Of a stretch of DNA of 64,000 nucleotides, positions 1 through 14,400 are shown piece by piece (the first letter of the stretch is position 1; every line of letters starts with the position of its first letter). The translations under genes were made by a program, and so were the position numbers. Source of the DNA: Octopus bimaculoides (Eukaryota); the NCBI RefSeq assembly GCF_001194135.2, contig NC_068983.1, forward strand, positions 167,401,118 to 167,465,117, written 5' to 3'. The notes under the pieces were generated by a model that saw only the letters and a list, made by a program, of their open reading frames with translations, did not search any database and was not told the DNA's origin.

Positions 1-325
1 ATGCCAACCGTTCCTTCATTGGATACTAAACTTTGCTTGCAAAGACATGTAGGGGCAAGTGAAATCGAAATCGTAATTGAAGCAAATTCAATGACTGGCA
101 CCTGTGCCAGTAGAGCACTAACAGCACTGTCCGAGCATGATCATTGCCAGAGCAGCTGTCTGGCTTCCGTGCCAGTGGCACGTAAATAGCACCATTTGAG
201 TGTGATTGTTACCAGCATCGCCTTACTGGCACTTGTGCCAGTGGCACGTAAAAGCACCCACTACACTCTCGAAGTGGTTGACGTTAGGGAGGTCATCCAG
301 CTGCAGGAACTGCCAGATCGGATAT
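1..325 (+). mobile_element. SINE, same family as 57845-58379, cut by the window edge
   Basis: Colinear with 57860-58250 (CCTTCATTGGA..GCAAGTGAAATCGAAATCGT..TGGCACGTAAAAGCACCCACTACACTCTC). Confidence 0.8.
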
Positions 326-2175
326 AGTGGGCTTCTTGCAGTTTTTGTCCATCAAATCCACTCAGAAGGCTTTGAACAGCCCAAGGTTGTAGTAGAAGAC
401 ACTTGCCCAAGATACCAACCAGTGGGACTGAACCCTGAACCATGTGGTTGGGAATCAAGTTCCTTCCTCCATCACACAGCCCATGCCTGTACCTACTCTG
501 ACAAGAAGAGAAGGATTGTAGTCACAAGCTGCTACACTGAACAACGATGTGTGCGTGTGTGTGTGTGTCATCAAACACACTTGATCATGCTGGCATGGAT
601 TGGACAGTTTGACGGGATCCAAGGTGTACATTGTACTCCAATGTCTGGCCAGATGTTCTTAGCATCAGCAAGCAGCTTGCAAGACCCTGATAGAGGTGGG
701 TTTATGCAAAGAGGATTTAAAGGAGGAGAGAAGGGGTCTGAGAAGAACAAGTTTCTTCTTGTTGTAGAGGGGCCACAGGGTTAGCCATATTTTGGAAGAG
801 CGAGCAGGGAAGAGATAAAAATAACAGAGGTTGGGTATCAGGATGTACGTTCAATGCATGGAGTGAGCAGAAGTGAATGGAAACAAGTGTGCAAGGGTGG
901 ATGGCAGAGTCAGAGGTGGGAAATGAGTGAGGTGGTGGATACAATGCACTGAATGTGTGTGTGTGTGTGTGTGTCCGTAAATATGCGAGGAAGAGAGAGA
1001 GAGAGAGAGATGGATTATAATTATCATTAGATCTATCCATCTGAGGCCAGAGTGGAGGGGAAAAGAGATATAATATCGCAATTAATGATTTTTTTTTTTA
1101 ACATATATTTACTCCAATTATCATACATCAATCCCTCCATCCAAAACACAGGTATAAACGTTTTAAACAGTGGATGATGCAAGGGAAATAAATCTGACGG
1201 AACCATTTTATTTTCAACAACTTTTTTTTTTCTTTGCTTATGTTGAACATAATTTTTTTTAAAAGTCATGCACCAAATCTTAATTTTAAAATAACATCCC
1301 AGAAACTAAAATGCATTTAATCTTTAGAAATATTAAATCATTTCTGGATTTCAGAGTTTGGACATTTATCACTAATTAATAAATTAGTACCAAAATGCGA
1401 GAAAAAGTTTATCAGTATCATCATTTCTCAAGCTTGCTTGAGCGAAACAGAATTCATTGAGGCATATCTTTCTACAGCTGGATGCCTTTCCTGTCACTAA
1501 TCTTTACCTGTTTTCAAGCCAAGTCTTAGTTTCCCATGGCCAGACAGGTTTTTGCAGAATATTGGAAATGAATGACACTGCTTGTATGACGGTGACACTC
1601 ATTTACAACTATCATGCAATATGAAGATAAGAAGACACAAACGTTCATACGTTTGTGTCTTATCTTCTGACGGGCTTCTTTCAGTTTCCATCTACTACAT
1701 CCATTCACAAGCTTTGATTGGCCCAGGGTTGTAGCAGAAGACATTTTCCCAAGGTGTGAAGCAGTGGGACTGAACCCAAAACCTTGCTGTTGGAAAGGGA
1801 ACTTCTTCCCGACACAGCTAAACCGTTTCTTACATAGATACAAATCTTAGAAATGATATAAATTGGTTTTTTAAGAACTTACAGCCACTTTGTAGTAGTA
1901 GTGGTAGGCACTTGAAAACAGATGGTCGTTTAGTTCCCTGACCCACTACCTGACCAAAACCGTTTCTGACATGACATGCAGACATAACTAGTATTAAATA
2001 ATCAACAGTGTACAGTAAGATCCATGATGGTAGAATCCAAGAAGTATAAATCTCCAATGGTAATCCAGGCAGAGTGGTGATAAAAGGAGATGAGGGTCCA
2101 AGAGAAGAGGGAGTTCAGTCATGCAGGTTCAAACGGGAGGTGGGGGGGGTCGATCAGAAATACAGAATATCTTAC

Positions 2176-2277
2176 CTTTTCCTCAAAGGTCGTAGCAGTT
2201 TGGTGAATAGAACCAAGAGATACAAAATATCCTTCCAGGAGTCCCATCAGTAGAATAAGGTAGAATCCATCATGAAA
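2176..2277 (-). CDS. PARVB: Parvin exon 11 (FHDGFYLILLMGLLEGYFVSLG..FEEK)
   Basis: ctattttaaacag/GTAAGA. Confidence 0.95.
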
Positions 2278-5200
2278 CTGTTTAAAATAGACAAAAAATT
2301 AATGAACTTTATTCCATTAATTTTGAAAATATAGAAGTGATTGAAATAATTGTTGTTGTTGTTATGCTGGTGTTGGGGAACATAAATTAACATAAATTAA
2401 CAGGGATTTTGATGACAGGTTTTAATTTAGATCATTTTAAAGCAGATTTCATTTTTACCTGTTTTTCCAGATCTGTGACTTCTAGATTGACCTTTATCAG
2501 ATGTTTGTTGACAAAAGAGATCAGAGTCTGCATAAAAAAACAAAAATTACATCACAGAATTATATTGAGAAGCAATCGGATGAAAATTCTAACACATTGT
2601 AAGCTATGTTAAAAAAACATCGAAAATTAACTTCAGCAATATTCATCATCATCATCATCATTTAATGCCCATTTTCCATGCTGGTATGGGTTGGATGATT
2701 TGACCGAGAACTGGCAAAGCGGAGGAGCTACACCAGGTTCCAATCTGATTTGGATGCTCTTCCTAACACCAACCACTCTAAGAGTGGAGGGGGTGCTTTT
2801 TACGTGCCAGTTAGGTGACACAGGCATCAGCCAGGACTACAATCCCACTTGGCCTGACAGCTTTTCTCAAGCATGGTATATTGCCAAAGGTTTCAATCAT
2901 CTGTCACTGCCTCCACGAGGCCCAATGTTCGAACGATGCTTATGTGCCACTGGCATGGGTGCCAGTGGCACAATTACAATTTCACTTGGCTTAACAGGTC
3001 TTCTCAAGCACAGCATATTTGCCCAATGTCCGAAAAGTGCTTTTTATGTGCCAGTTACACAACACTGGCATCAGCCACGACTACAATCTCACTTGGCTTG
3101 ATGGGTCTTCTCACGCACAGCATATTACCAAAGGTCTCAGTCACTTGTCATTGCCTCTGTGAGGCCCAACATTCGAAGATCATGCTTCATCACTTTGTCC
3201 CATGTCTTCCTAGGTCCACCTTTTCCACAGGTTCTCTCCACCATTAGAACACGGCACTTCTACACACAGCTGTCCTCGTCCAATCCTTACAGATTTTTAA
3301 AACTGGATGCCCTTCCTGTCACAAACCCTCACCTGTTTCTAAGTAAGGCAATATTCCCCCCACCCCATGATCAAACATGTTTTTCATGGATTACTGGAAA
3401 CGAAGGACACCGCTTATATGATAGTGACACTCATTTACAAATGTGTGACATCAAGACAAGGAGAGAGGCACACACACACACACACCTTTTATCTGTTTTG
3501 TTTCAATCATTAGACTGTGCCAATGCTGGGGCATAAACCTTGAAGGATTTTAGCCAAATCAATCCCAGGACTTATTCTATTGGTTACTTTTGTCAAACTG
3601 CTAAGTTACAGGGACATAAACATACCAACACCAGTTAAGTGGTTGTGGGGCACAAACACAGACGCACAGACATACACTCACATGTATACAATAGGCTTCT
3701 TTTGGTTTCTGTCTGCCATATCCACTCACAAGGCTTTGGTCAGTTCATGCTATAGTAGACAACACTTGCCTAGAGTGCCATGCAATAGGACTGAACCTGG
3801 GCCATATGGTTAGGAAGCACTCTTCTTACCACATGACCAATCTAAACACAAACACCAAAACTTAGTCCCTCATTTCACCGAATTTTCTGACATTAGAACC
3901 ATCATCATCATTTAATGTCTACCTGTCTTGCTGGTATGGGCTGGACAGTTTGACCTGTGCTGGTAAGGGCTGGAGCGGCATCAGGCTCCATTGTCTGTCC
4001 TGGCATGGTTTCTACAGCTGGACAACCTTCCTAAAGCCAACCACTCCACAGAGTGAACTGAGTACTTTTTACAGGACACCTGCACCAGTATTAATTCTGC
4101 TGAGGGAGATGGGTCTTTTTGAGTACCACAAGGTACAAGTATATCTCAACCCTTCATTATCTCCTTTGTAAGGCTCAGCATTTTGAGATCAGCCTTCAAT
4201 ACTTCATCCCATCTCTTTCTCGGTCTCCCTCTTCTCCCTCCACTTTACAGTCTCCTTTCTTGCACAACTTTTCTCTCAATACTCTAACACTCTGTCACAC
4301 ATGTACATTGACATTACACACCCAACAGATCACACCAGCTTCATTCCTCTAGCCTTCGGCATTCAGAGCCCATGTCGCACTACCATGTAGCATTGCTGTT
4401 CGTATACATGCCTCATATAATCTTCCTTTCACTCAGAGTGAGAGATCTTTGGTTGCCAACAGAGCTTAATAAACAAAACATAACAAAACATTAACTTTTA
4501 TTTACCTTTTTGACAAGATTCAACTTCTCAGGGGCGTGATCCAAAAGAGTATCAAAAGCATCACGGACTACAAAATAAAAGAAACAGTCCAAGGACGATT
4601 TTGAAGATTGATTCTTTATTAGAAAATAGAAAAAAGAAAATAATAATGCAAACAAATGAGAGAATACTTATCACATGATGAACTCTAGAAATGGATACCC
4701 TGGACAATATTTGTTTATTTGGAAAAAAAGGGAAAGAAGCTTTTTTTGTTACTTTATCATCTAGAGCTGACCTTTATGTGTGTGTGTGTGTGTGATGAAG
4801 GTTTATGTAAGAAGGTTCTTCTCCCCTCTGACACCAGATCCTTTGAAATCCAAACCAAACAACAACAAAATAGTCAATCTAAATCTGGGATGTACTATGG
4901 ATTGAATATTATCATGACAGCACATATAATGATGGTGGTGCTGGTGGTGGTAATGAGTGACGGTGATGATGATGCATAATAAATAATACTAAAAAAATAT
5001 ACTTGAATATTATTTTAATGAAATAAACATCATTTAAATAATGGTATAACATTAACATAATAGGAAATATAAAATGTATCAAAATAGTGTTGAGGTGCAC
5101 ATCCAGAGAGAGAGAGAGCTGTACCAGTAATAGGTTGGTGCTCATTATTACAGCTTGAGTAGACAGGAGCGATGCAAAATGATTGAGGACACAAAGGTGT

Positions 5201-7035
5201 TGCTTGGTCCAGGAATTGAATCAATGACATTAGGCTTTGTGAGTGCAACACCCTAACTACTAGGACACCTTCACTTCAGTAAGATCATCATCATCATCAT
5301 CATCATCACCACCACCATTTAACATCCGTTGTTCATGCTGGCATGGGTTGGCTGGCCCATGCCAGCATGACCCATGGAAAAATAAATCTCCTTGTTACAT
5401 TGATCATAAAATAAGTTACAGTTATAAATTATTTTCTAATTTGTAAAATTGAAAACAATATGGATAGACATTAATAAGTTAATAATTTACATTAAAATAT
5501 TAATATGTATCTATATAAAAAAAAAAATGTCAAGTCTATCTGAAGCTCACAGAACTCATTTGGCCAGAGATTATCTTCGGTTCTGAAGTGTTTAAGCCTT
5601 TTGATCCCAACCTACTTGAGACTACCTTTGGTTCTCGGACACAAATCCTGACTTAAAATTATCTAAAAACTATCCATCAGAAATTTCATGTTAATTAATG
5701 TTCCATACACCAATCTAATAACAACAAAGTTATTTGCCCAAATTCATTATTTTTCAAAATTAATTGAAACAAAGGAAGTGAATTTCAAAAGAAATATGGT
5801 AACTTAAGGGTTAAATAACTGAGCATACAAGAGCCCTGTTGTAGAACAAGATACCAACTTGTCATAGTCTTAACCCCCAACTGCCACTGGTACTAATTCC
5901 AGCTGAGTAGAATGGAGTCACATGAAATGAAGTGCTTTGCTTACGACCACACAGCAGCACTTGATCCAACAATTGATCCTGTGACCTAATGATCAAGAAC
6001 CCCAAGCCCTGGCCAGTGGGCCAGAGGTCACATCTATACAATGTCAATATTTGAAGAAATACTCACCTAGTGCCACAGTTTATCAGACAACTAAAAGACA
6101 ATCTTAGGTACTTACCATGGCCAATTCTGGCTCCCATATCCCTGCAGAAAGAAGAAAAAAAAAAGATTAAAAAAAAAAACGATTACAGTATCTAAACATA
6201 CATACACTACATTACCATAGTGAGGTATATTAAATCTAAAACTCTTTGGTAACTCTAATGCATTTTCGGTCAGAGATTCGACATAACATGAACATAACTT
6301 TCATAGTTGGTAAGAGATTAATTTTAAAATCTGGGGAAGGAGAGAGAAGTAGAAGATAGTAGTAGTAGGAGCCAAAATCTAAAATTATACAAGTGCATAT
6401 TAGCATGCATGTGTGTATATGTTGTGCATCTGCAGATATGTATGTGTGCATGGGCACTTGTATATTTTCATGTGCAAATGGGATGTGGATGGAGATAGGA
6501 AAGTTATGAAAATTCATAAAGGATAAAGAGAACAGGTGGGAAATATAAAAACAAAAAGTTCAGAAAATGTAAAGTTGTAGTAGAAATATATGCAGAAGAA
6601 TATCAATTGGGGGCAGGGGGAGAGNNNNNNNNNNNNNNNNNNNNNNNNNNNNNNNNNNNNNNNNNNNNNNNNNNNNNNNNNNNNNNNNNNNNNNNNNNNN
6701 NNNNNNNNNNNNNNNNNNNNNNNNNNNNNNNNNNNNNNNNNNNNNNNNNNNNNNNNNNNNNNNNNNNNNNNNNNNNNNNNNNNNNNNNNNNNNNNNNNNN
6801 NNNNNNNNNNNNNNNNNNNNNNNNNNNNNNNNNNNNNNNNNNNNNNNNNNNNNNNNNNNNNNNNNNNNNNNNNNNNNNNNNNNNNNNNNNNNNNNNNNNN
6901 NNNNNNNNNNNNNNNNNNNNNNNNNNNNNNNNNNNNNNNNNNNNNNNNNNNNNNNNNNNNNNNNNNNNNNNNNNNNNNNNNNNNNNNNNNNNNNNNNNNN
7001 NNNNNNNNNNNNNNNNNNNNNNNNNNNNNNNNNNN

Positions 7036-7074
<39 letters not shown>

Positions 7075-8413
7075 CACAAATTTATAGTTAGAATTGGCAG
7101 CTGATACCATGCATTTGTAAACAATGTTTTTAGTAAGACAATGATTATCTAAGGGACAGGAAGTTGGGCATGTGCCACTGCATAGGATCATGGGGGGGGG
7201 GGGGGGTGATTGTTATTGCTGTTATGTTCATTATCTGTAGCGGCATTAGAAATGGTATTTATTTAGGGAATTGAGGGAGACATCAGTGGGATGTAGTTTA
7301 TGGCAACTTTCAGGTCTAAGGATCACTGTTGTTCTTTATTTCTGTATTTAGGTATATTTTGGTTATGAGGTAGGTTTACAGTACAGGTGACAGTAATAGA
7401 CTTAGAATAGTGGGTATGAGGGTCAGTGTTTGTAAAGAGGTTTATGGGTATGGGGGTTAGGGTGAGATATGTTATTATGCTAAAGGTTAGTTAATTGTAG
7501 GTTTCTAAGTCTTTTTGTTAAGACGTTGGGTTATCCCAGCAATATTAGTGGTGGTGGGAGTAGGAAAATCTTATAGATTGGAGGTTAAAGATTTTTCTAA
7601 TGGGGCTAGACTTAGGGAAATACAGGGAGAGATACACACACACACACACCTCTAAGTGTTGTCTGCTGGAAGAAAGAGAACTGAATATCATAGTAGAGAT
7701 TAAGATTTTGTCCATGAAACACAGGTGAANNNNNNNNNNNNNNNNNNNNNNNNNNNNNNNNNNNNNNNNNNNNNNNNNNNNNNNNNNNNNNNNNNNNNNN
7801 NNNNNNNNNNNNNNNNNNNNNNNNNNNNNNNNNNNNNNNNNNNNNNNNNNNNNNNNNNNNNNNNNNNNNNNNNNNNNNNNNNNNNNNNNNNNNNNNNNNN
7901 NNNNNNNNNNNNNNNNNNNNNNNNNNNNNNNNNNNNNNNNNNNNNNNGAAATGAATATTTAATATTTGATGTTCTGAAAGCAAGAAATATGCATTTTAAT
8001 AGAAGACTTTTAAGAAGTGACCACACACAGACAGGGGAGGTCTCGACAGACAGTTACACTTTAGTTGTTGCCAATTGTTTGTTTGACTTGGTCATTGGTG
8101 CAAACATCAAAAATAATAATAAGTTTTACATAATGAAAGAAATGAATAAAATAGAATTCACCTTCCAATCTGTGCTCGAGGTTCCATGAAAGGAATGATA
8201 CAATGCTACAATGATACTACTACTACTATTAATAATAATAATAATACTAGTAATATGTTGTCTTCTGAATGGGCTGACATGCATTTCCCTTTCATAAGAT
8301 GTTTATAGTAGGAGTAAGAGGATGATGGAAATATGAGGAAAGACATATATGAGAGAGGGGAGACTGGGAGAGATTAGTGAGTGAGAGAGAGAGAAGGGGT
8401 GAGGGAGATTGGT

Positions 8414-8462
<49 letters not shown>

Positions 8463-11400
8463 ATGATTATATTTTAGAGTGAAATATCTTATTATTAAAT
8501 ATAACTGTTTTAATTAACTTAGAACTGGGTGTCCAACAATCATTCTTATTTATTTATACCATTGTCAAGAGCTGCCCAGGNNNNNNNNNNTATTAAATAT
8601 AACTGCTTTAATTAACTTAGAACTGGGTGTCCAACAATCATTCTTATTTATTTATACCATTGTCAAGAGCTGCCCAGGCTCCAGGTCAGTCTTGGTATGG
8701 TTTCTACAGCTGAATGCCCTTCCTAACACCAACCACTTTACAGAGGGTACTGGGTGCTTTTACGCAGCACTGGCATGGGTGTGGTTATGTGGCACCGGTA
8801 GGGGTGCTTTTTACCTGCAGGCCTGCAAGATTAAGAATGTTCAGTGGGAGAGAGATGCAGGGGGACAAGCTTGTATACAAAGATAGCCATGCTTTTTACT
8901 TAGCTTGATGGGTCTTCTCAAGCACAGCAAACCACCAGGAATCTCGGTCCCTTGTCACCCTCTCTGCGAGTCCCAGCATCTGTAGATCCTTTCTCATCAC
9001 TTTGTCCCACCTCTTCCTGAATCTACTCCTTCCACATGTTCCCTCTACAATTAGAGATCGGCACCTCTTGATGCAACTGTCTTCATGCATGCTACATCTG
9101 ATGTCTTGTAGACCCAGTTTTTCTCTCAAATCACTTACACTCTGTCGTATACACAAACTGACATTACCCATCCAGTGGAGCATACTAACTTCATTTCTTT
9201 CAAGCCTTTGCATATCCTCAGCAATCACAGCCCATGTTTCATTGCCATGTAGCATAGCTGTCTGTGCACAGGCATCGTACAATCTGCCTTTTCACTTTGA
9301 GGAATAGACCCTTCATTACTATCAGAGGTAAGTAACTCTCTGAACTTTGTCCAGCCTATTCTTCTTATTCTAGCAGCTACACTTTCAGAACAACCTTCCT
9401 CGCTAACTTGGCCACCTAAGTAACAGAAATTGTCTGCTACTTCTAAGAATTCCCCCTGACATTTGAGGGAGTCGGGGTTTTTTCTACATTCCTCGTGTTT
9501 AATGTACTTGCACATCTGCCACGTGTGTGTGTGTGTGTGTGTGTGTATGTACGTATGTACATACATACATATTTATTCACATTCACACACACACAGACAG
9601 ACAGCTCCCTGGTAAACTCTTTTTATTTCAGAAATAGATGTTCTTCCTAATGAATCAATTTCGACTGGTTTTAACCCACACCCAATGAAGCAGCTACTCT
9701 GATGGAGAGAGATGTTCACCATGGGCCAATCTATAAGACAGTAGTTCTTTTAACACATTCAACTATAACAAATGACACAGCTTATAAGAGAGTTAGGTTG
9801 ACATTTTGCAATAAATCCAGTTAAAAATGGAAACAGATGAGAAGTAGTGATTGGTGGGGGGTGGGGGTGATGAGTTATTGGTGAAAATTGTTAAAAAGTC
9901 CAGTTGAACTTTGGAGCAAGAGAGTTGATCAAAAGATGAGGAAAGTCCACCAGTTACTTCAATAGGTAAGAGATGGTGCAATCAAAGAAATGTTCTTACC
10001 CATCATCTAGTTGTTCTCTGAAATTGTATTTAATACAGGGGTATTTTGTATTTAATATAGCATCAAAATGGAAGAAAATAAATTATGTAATTAATTAAAT
10101 CAATTGTTTTTAATTATCATGTTGCCTTCACATAATATGTGGCTCCAGAAACAAGAATTTCAAGTCAAGATTTTATGAATTCTTTCTAATGTTTCAGTTT
10201 TAGGTGAGAAAAAAACCCCAAAAAACAAACAATTAAATGTTTTAATAAATTTGTAATTAATAAAACTGAGATGTTTACATAAATGAATATCTGAATGAAT
10301 GGAATATTTTCAAATTAAAATTCAAACAAATATGGAAATATGATAAAAAACAAAATGTCATTCTTTTTTTTATTTATAGTCCACTCAGAAGAGGAGGGGG
10401 GAGCAATGTTCATGAACTTTTTCAGTGCCTCAAAGACTAATGGGAGAAAATTATTTCCAGACCAAAAACCTGGTATGATTTCTTGTAACAGAGTAACATC
10501 ATTAAAGGCATCCAGGGACCAGGAGTCATGGCTAAACCAAGCAATGCATTAAATTTACCACTCAATTATAAAAATGGTTAATCTGAGAAAATACCAACAT
10601 TTAATGTCTATTTCTTCATGCTTGTATGGGTCAGATTGAGCTTACTGAGGCAGATTTTCTATGGCTGGATGCGCTTCTCGTTTCAAAGATGATTAGAAAC
10701 AAAGTACACTGCTTGTATAATGGAGGATGCTCACTCCCTTCCTCACTTTTGCACAATGTCAAATTTTGCCACAAGGGCAGAGATTTGGGGGGAGGGGATA
10801 GAAGATGGATGTTATTTCTATGATGAAAAAAACCCCCCAAAAAAAACTAGAAGCGACCGTCAGATCGATCCCATTTCTTGGCGCATAAAGTGATAAATAC
10901 ACAATCTGGGTGTGAGCACCTTTTCTAGTCTTCCACGTGGCGAAAATTGTAAGTTTGTAAAAAAAAAAAAAAAAAAAGAGGGGAATGGAAAAGGAAAAAC
11001 AGTATACCTCCCATTACACTTCAGAATATCTGAAAAACGATGTGTAATGACTTCGTAATTAATTAATAGTTGTATCTGTCAGGATATAGCGAGGACATGA
11101 TTTGAATTTCTCGAAATAATATTTCTGTCGGCAAATAATGACCATCTCATTGAAGGAGAGAAAGAAATGTACAAGGGGCATAACCCAGCACAGTAATTAT
11201 TTTATAAGTTGCTTCCCTTGAACATTTTTTTTCTTTCCTTTTTACTTAAAACAAAAATTAATATCTAAACTTAAAATTTGATGACTGACCGCTTTACAGT
11301 TGAACTGTCGTCGAATTTATCATTCGTGGGGGGAAAAAAAATCATTCATTGATTTATTTTAATCTTTTTAGATATTCTACAGCTCAAATAAGAAATAGGT

Positions 11401-14400
11401 ATATGCAACTGAAAGAACATAAAATTAAAAATGCCACCACTGAAAGACAACATGGTTTTCTGTCTGAAGAGAAAATCTCTTCATAAACAAATTGTGTTAA
11501 CACAAATATATATCAGAGCAGGGCAAACACTGTCCCAGCAGAGATTCGTGAAAACGTCAGACGTAGGATTCTTCTTTTTTTTTTTTCCATACTTTTTGAG
11601 ATGAAATGATCTCATACACAGATAGTTTAAAAAACAAAATTATGAAATTCCACCTGAAGTATATTTATTCCAGAACACATTCAATATGTGATTATATTTT
11701 TTCATGTCCCAATGACTAGAAATAAAACACAAAGTTATGCTGGATTAGAACTCAAAACCCATATTTTTGAAGGACAGTTCAATAGACAGTTCTGAAGGAC
11801 TCTCACAGTCACAAAGGAGGATTATTTGTCTAATTTTGAGATGTTTAAACTACTTCAATAATGAGAGCCACATAGCAGTGAAATCCAAGATGAATTTGAC
11901 TGATTGCATTCTCCTGAAGCCATGTAAAATATTTTAGGCATTTAATCATTTCTTGCTAAATACTGTGAAGATGGTAGGATTCATAGTTTCTCTCAGACCC
12001 ACTGTGGCTGTTTTATTTCTCAATAATGTAGCAAACTACTGTTCAGTGTGACTTCCCTTTTCCATTTGGAACTCTAAGAAATTGTGCATGGTATATATGT
12101 AATCTTGTTGAATTCAGATCTCTTCCAGGCATTAAAGGAGAGTATTTCAACCTGACTGCTACATTCTCCACAGCTATGTCTTTCAACGGTTCCATATAAA
12201 TGTTGGCCATTTCATTTTCTTCTTAGTATATACTGTATATCCTTCGTTTATTACCATTACTTTAACATCCATTTTTCCATGTTTGCATGGTTCCCAGAGA
12301 GAGAGAGCGAGTGGACCCATTTACAATCCCCTGCAACCCCATGATCTTTAAGGATCACAGGTCCTTGTAAACATGAAAGTACACTTGCATAGTGTTGGGG
12401 AGATCTGTTCTAGACAAAGACTGATTCTGAAGAAGAAGAAGAATCTCATTACAGATTCTAGAAAACTGTTGACCAAGAATAGAAAGGTTACTGCGGATAC
12501 AAGCACGGATAATTCTACCGATTAGAAAACCCATAATCTTTAAATACAAACCACCAACAATAACTGAACATGTTTTATACAGACATTTGAGGAACAAACA
12601 AGCTCATAAACATAGGAACCAACAAATAAGGCATGGCTGCGTGGTAAGAAGCTTGCTTCCCAACCACATGGTTCTGGGTTCAGTCGCACAGCATGGCATC
12701 TTGGGCAAGTGTCTTTTACTATAGCCTCGGACTGATCAAAGCTTAGTGAATGAATCTGGTAGATGGAAACTGAAAGACGCCCATTGTGTATATATGTCCC
12801 ACCACCATTGCTTGACAACTGGTGATGGTGTGTTTACTTCCACATAACTTAGCAATTCAGCAAAAAGAATCCGATAGAATAAGTAGCAGACTTAAAAGTG
12901 GTGCCCCAGCATGGCCACAGTCTAAAGATTGAAACAAGTAAATCATAAAAGATACATATTGTCAGAAGAATGAATCTAAGATTTTAATTCATTTTTCTGT
13001 AAATGCTGTTTTCTTCCTATTTGGCTTAGATAAGCTGAGAGTGGCAAAGACTAGGAGATAAGGTCCTAGATATTCAAGTTACAGTCAGGTTTCAATCCCA
13101 GTTGAAGCCATTTCATGTCACTTCTGTCAGCACTCTTAATACATGAGCCTCACAGTTAGCATCCCAAACGTAGGACCTTCATGTGGAAAATAAAGTAATA
13201 AGATATTATCATGGTAAACAACAGAACAACTATTCTCCAAAAAATTTGAGTCTGCAATTAAGTGTTCAATATTGGGAAAAAAACCTCATTGTAGTTATTA
13301 ATGTCAGGATTCTAAGAAAAAGCAAAGAATGTCTAACACTGCTTCTTGTTGCTTCAACCCAACCCAATTCAAACTTTTTATCAGAAAATAATACAAAACC
13401 AAACAAATACTGATTGATTAACTAGAAAAGTATTCCTCACGATCTACAGAATTTATATTGAAAAAACATGAATTGCTGAAAAAGAAAATCTTTAATAAAT
13501 CTTCCTGAAAAATGTTTGGTGAAGTCAAAGTATGGCAGAAGCATTCAAATAAACTAACAATTGTTCAAAATGAAATTAAACAGAGGACAATAATTAGTTT
13601 GACAATTCATATTTGATTTGCTTGTTTTTTCTCAATGAATTCATGACTTTACAGTCTAGCATAGAGACAGCATGTGGCTAATACTAACTAGGAGTATATA
13701 AACTCTATGTTATCAAATATTGCTCAAAAGAGACAGACTTATAACACAAACTTACTCATGGGAACTCGTAATTTCAACTTTCACTTTCCTGGTATTCAGC
13801 GCCTTTCCACATTTCTAGAAATGGAAAAGAATAGAAAAGAATCAAACACTGAATGACTGATAAGCAATGAAACAGGACACAGCAGAGAAAAACTCCCGTA
13901 TTCTACACAGCCACTGGTGTGGTGCTAGTAAAGTTAGGCAGCGGCTAACGAGGTCTTCATGTAGTAGGTGTCTTACTGTTTTCTTTCTTTTAACTTACCA
14001 TAATGGTTTGGACCAGTGAACAGCATTGGTTTGTTGTTGAAACATTTGTCAAAATGTAATGTGTTTTTTGGGGGGCTGGTGAGAGTGGGGCACTCCCTAT
14101 ATAGATAGAAACTATTCGCTCATAAGACTTTGGTCAGCTTGGGGTTATAGTAAAAGTCACTTATCCAAGGTGCCACACAATGGAACTGAACCTGAACCTA
14201 CATGGTTAGGAAGCCAACCCCCATGACCAACATGTGCTGCAGAAAAAATTAATAATGACAAGAAAGAAAATGTTCTGAACTCACTTGAACCACTAAAACT
14301 GTGACAGCAACATTATCAGGAAGACGGATGGGAGCATGAAAGAATCGAGCCAATGCAACAAGCAGATGAAGAATAGCAGCCAGATTCTTAGAGTGGATAC

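Noticed and set aside
206-784. 192-aa ORF, and similar ORFs at 2691-3247, 30524-30835 and 55475-55955
   Set aside because: Composed of SINE and RTE-tail sequence; no splice or protein-family support
1-2175. Last two parvin exons
   Set aside because: No matching segments found; presumed to lie left of the window
6514-8189. Long ORFs with X runs (also 23699-24252, 26381-27077, 58334-58654)
   Set aside because: They arise from reading through N-gaps and microsatellites
8493-8678. 88-bp direct duplication (8493-8580 and 8591-8678, one mismatch)
   Set aside because: The copies flank a 10-N gap exactly; typical unmerged contig or haplotype overlap
12628-12700. tRNA-like A/B boxes here and at many SINE heads
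   Set aside because: No cloverleaf or anticodon arm; they continue into SINE bodies
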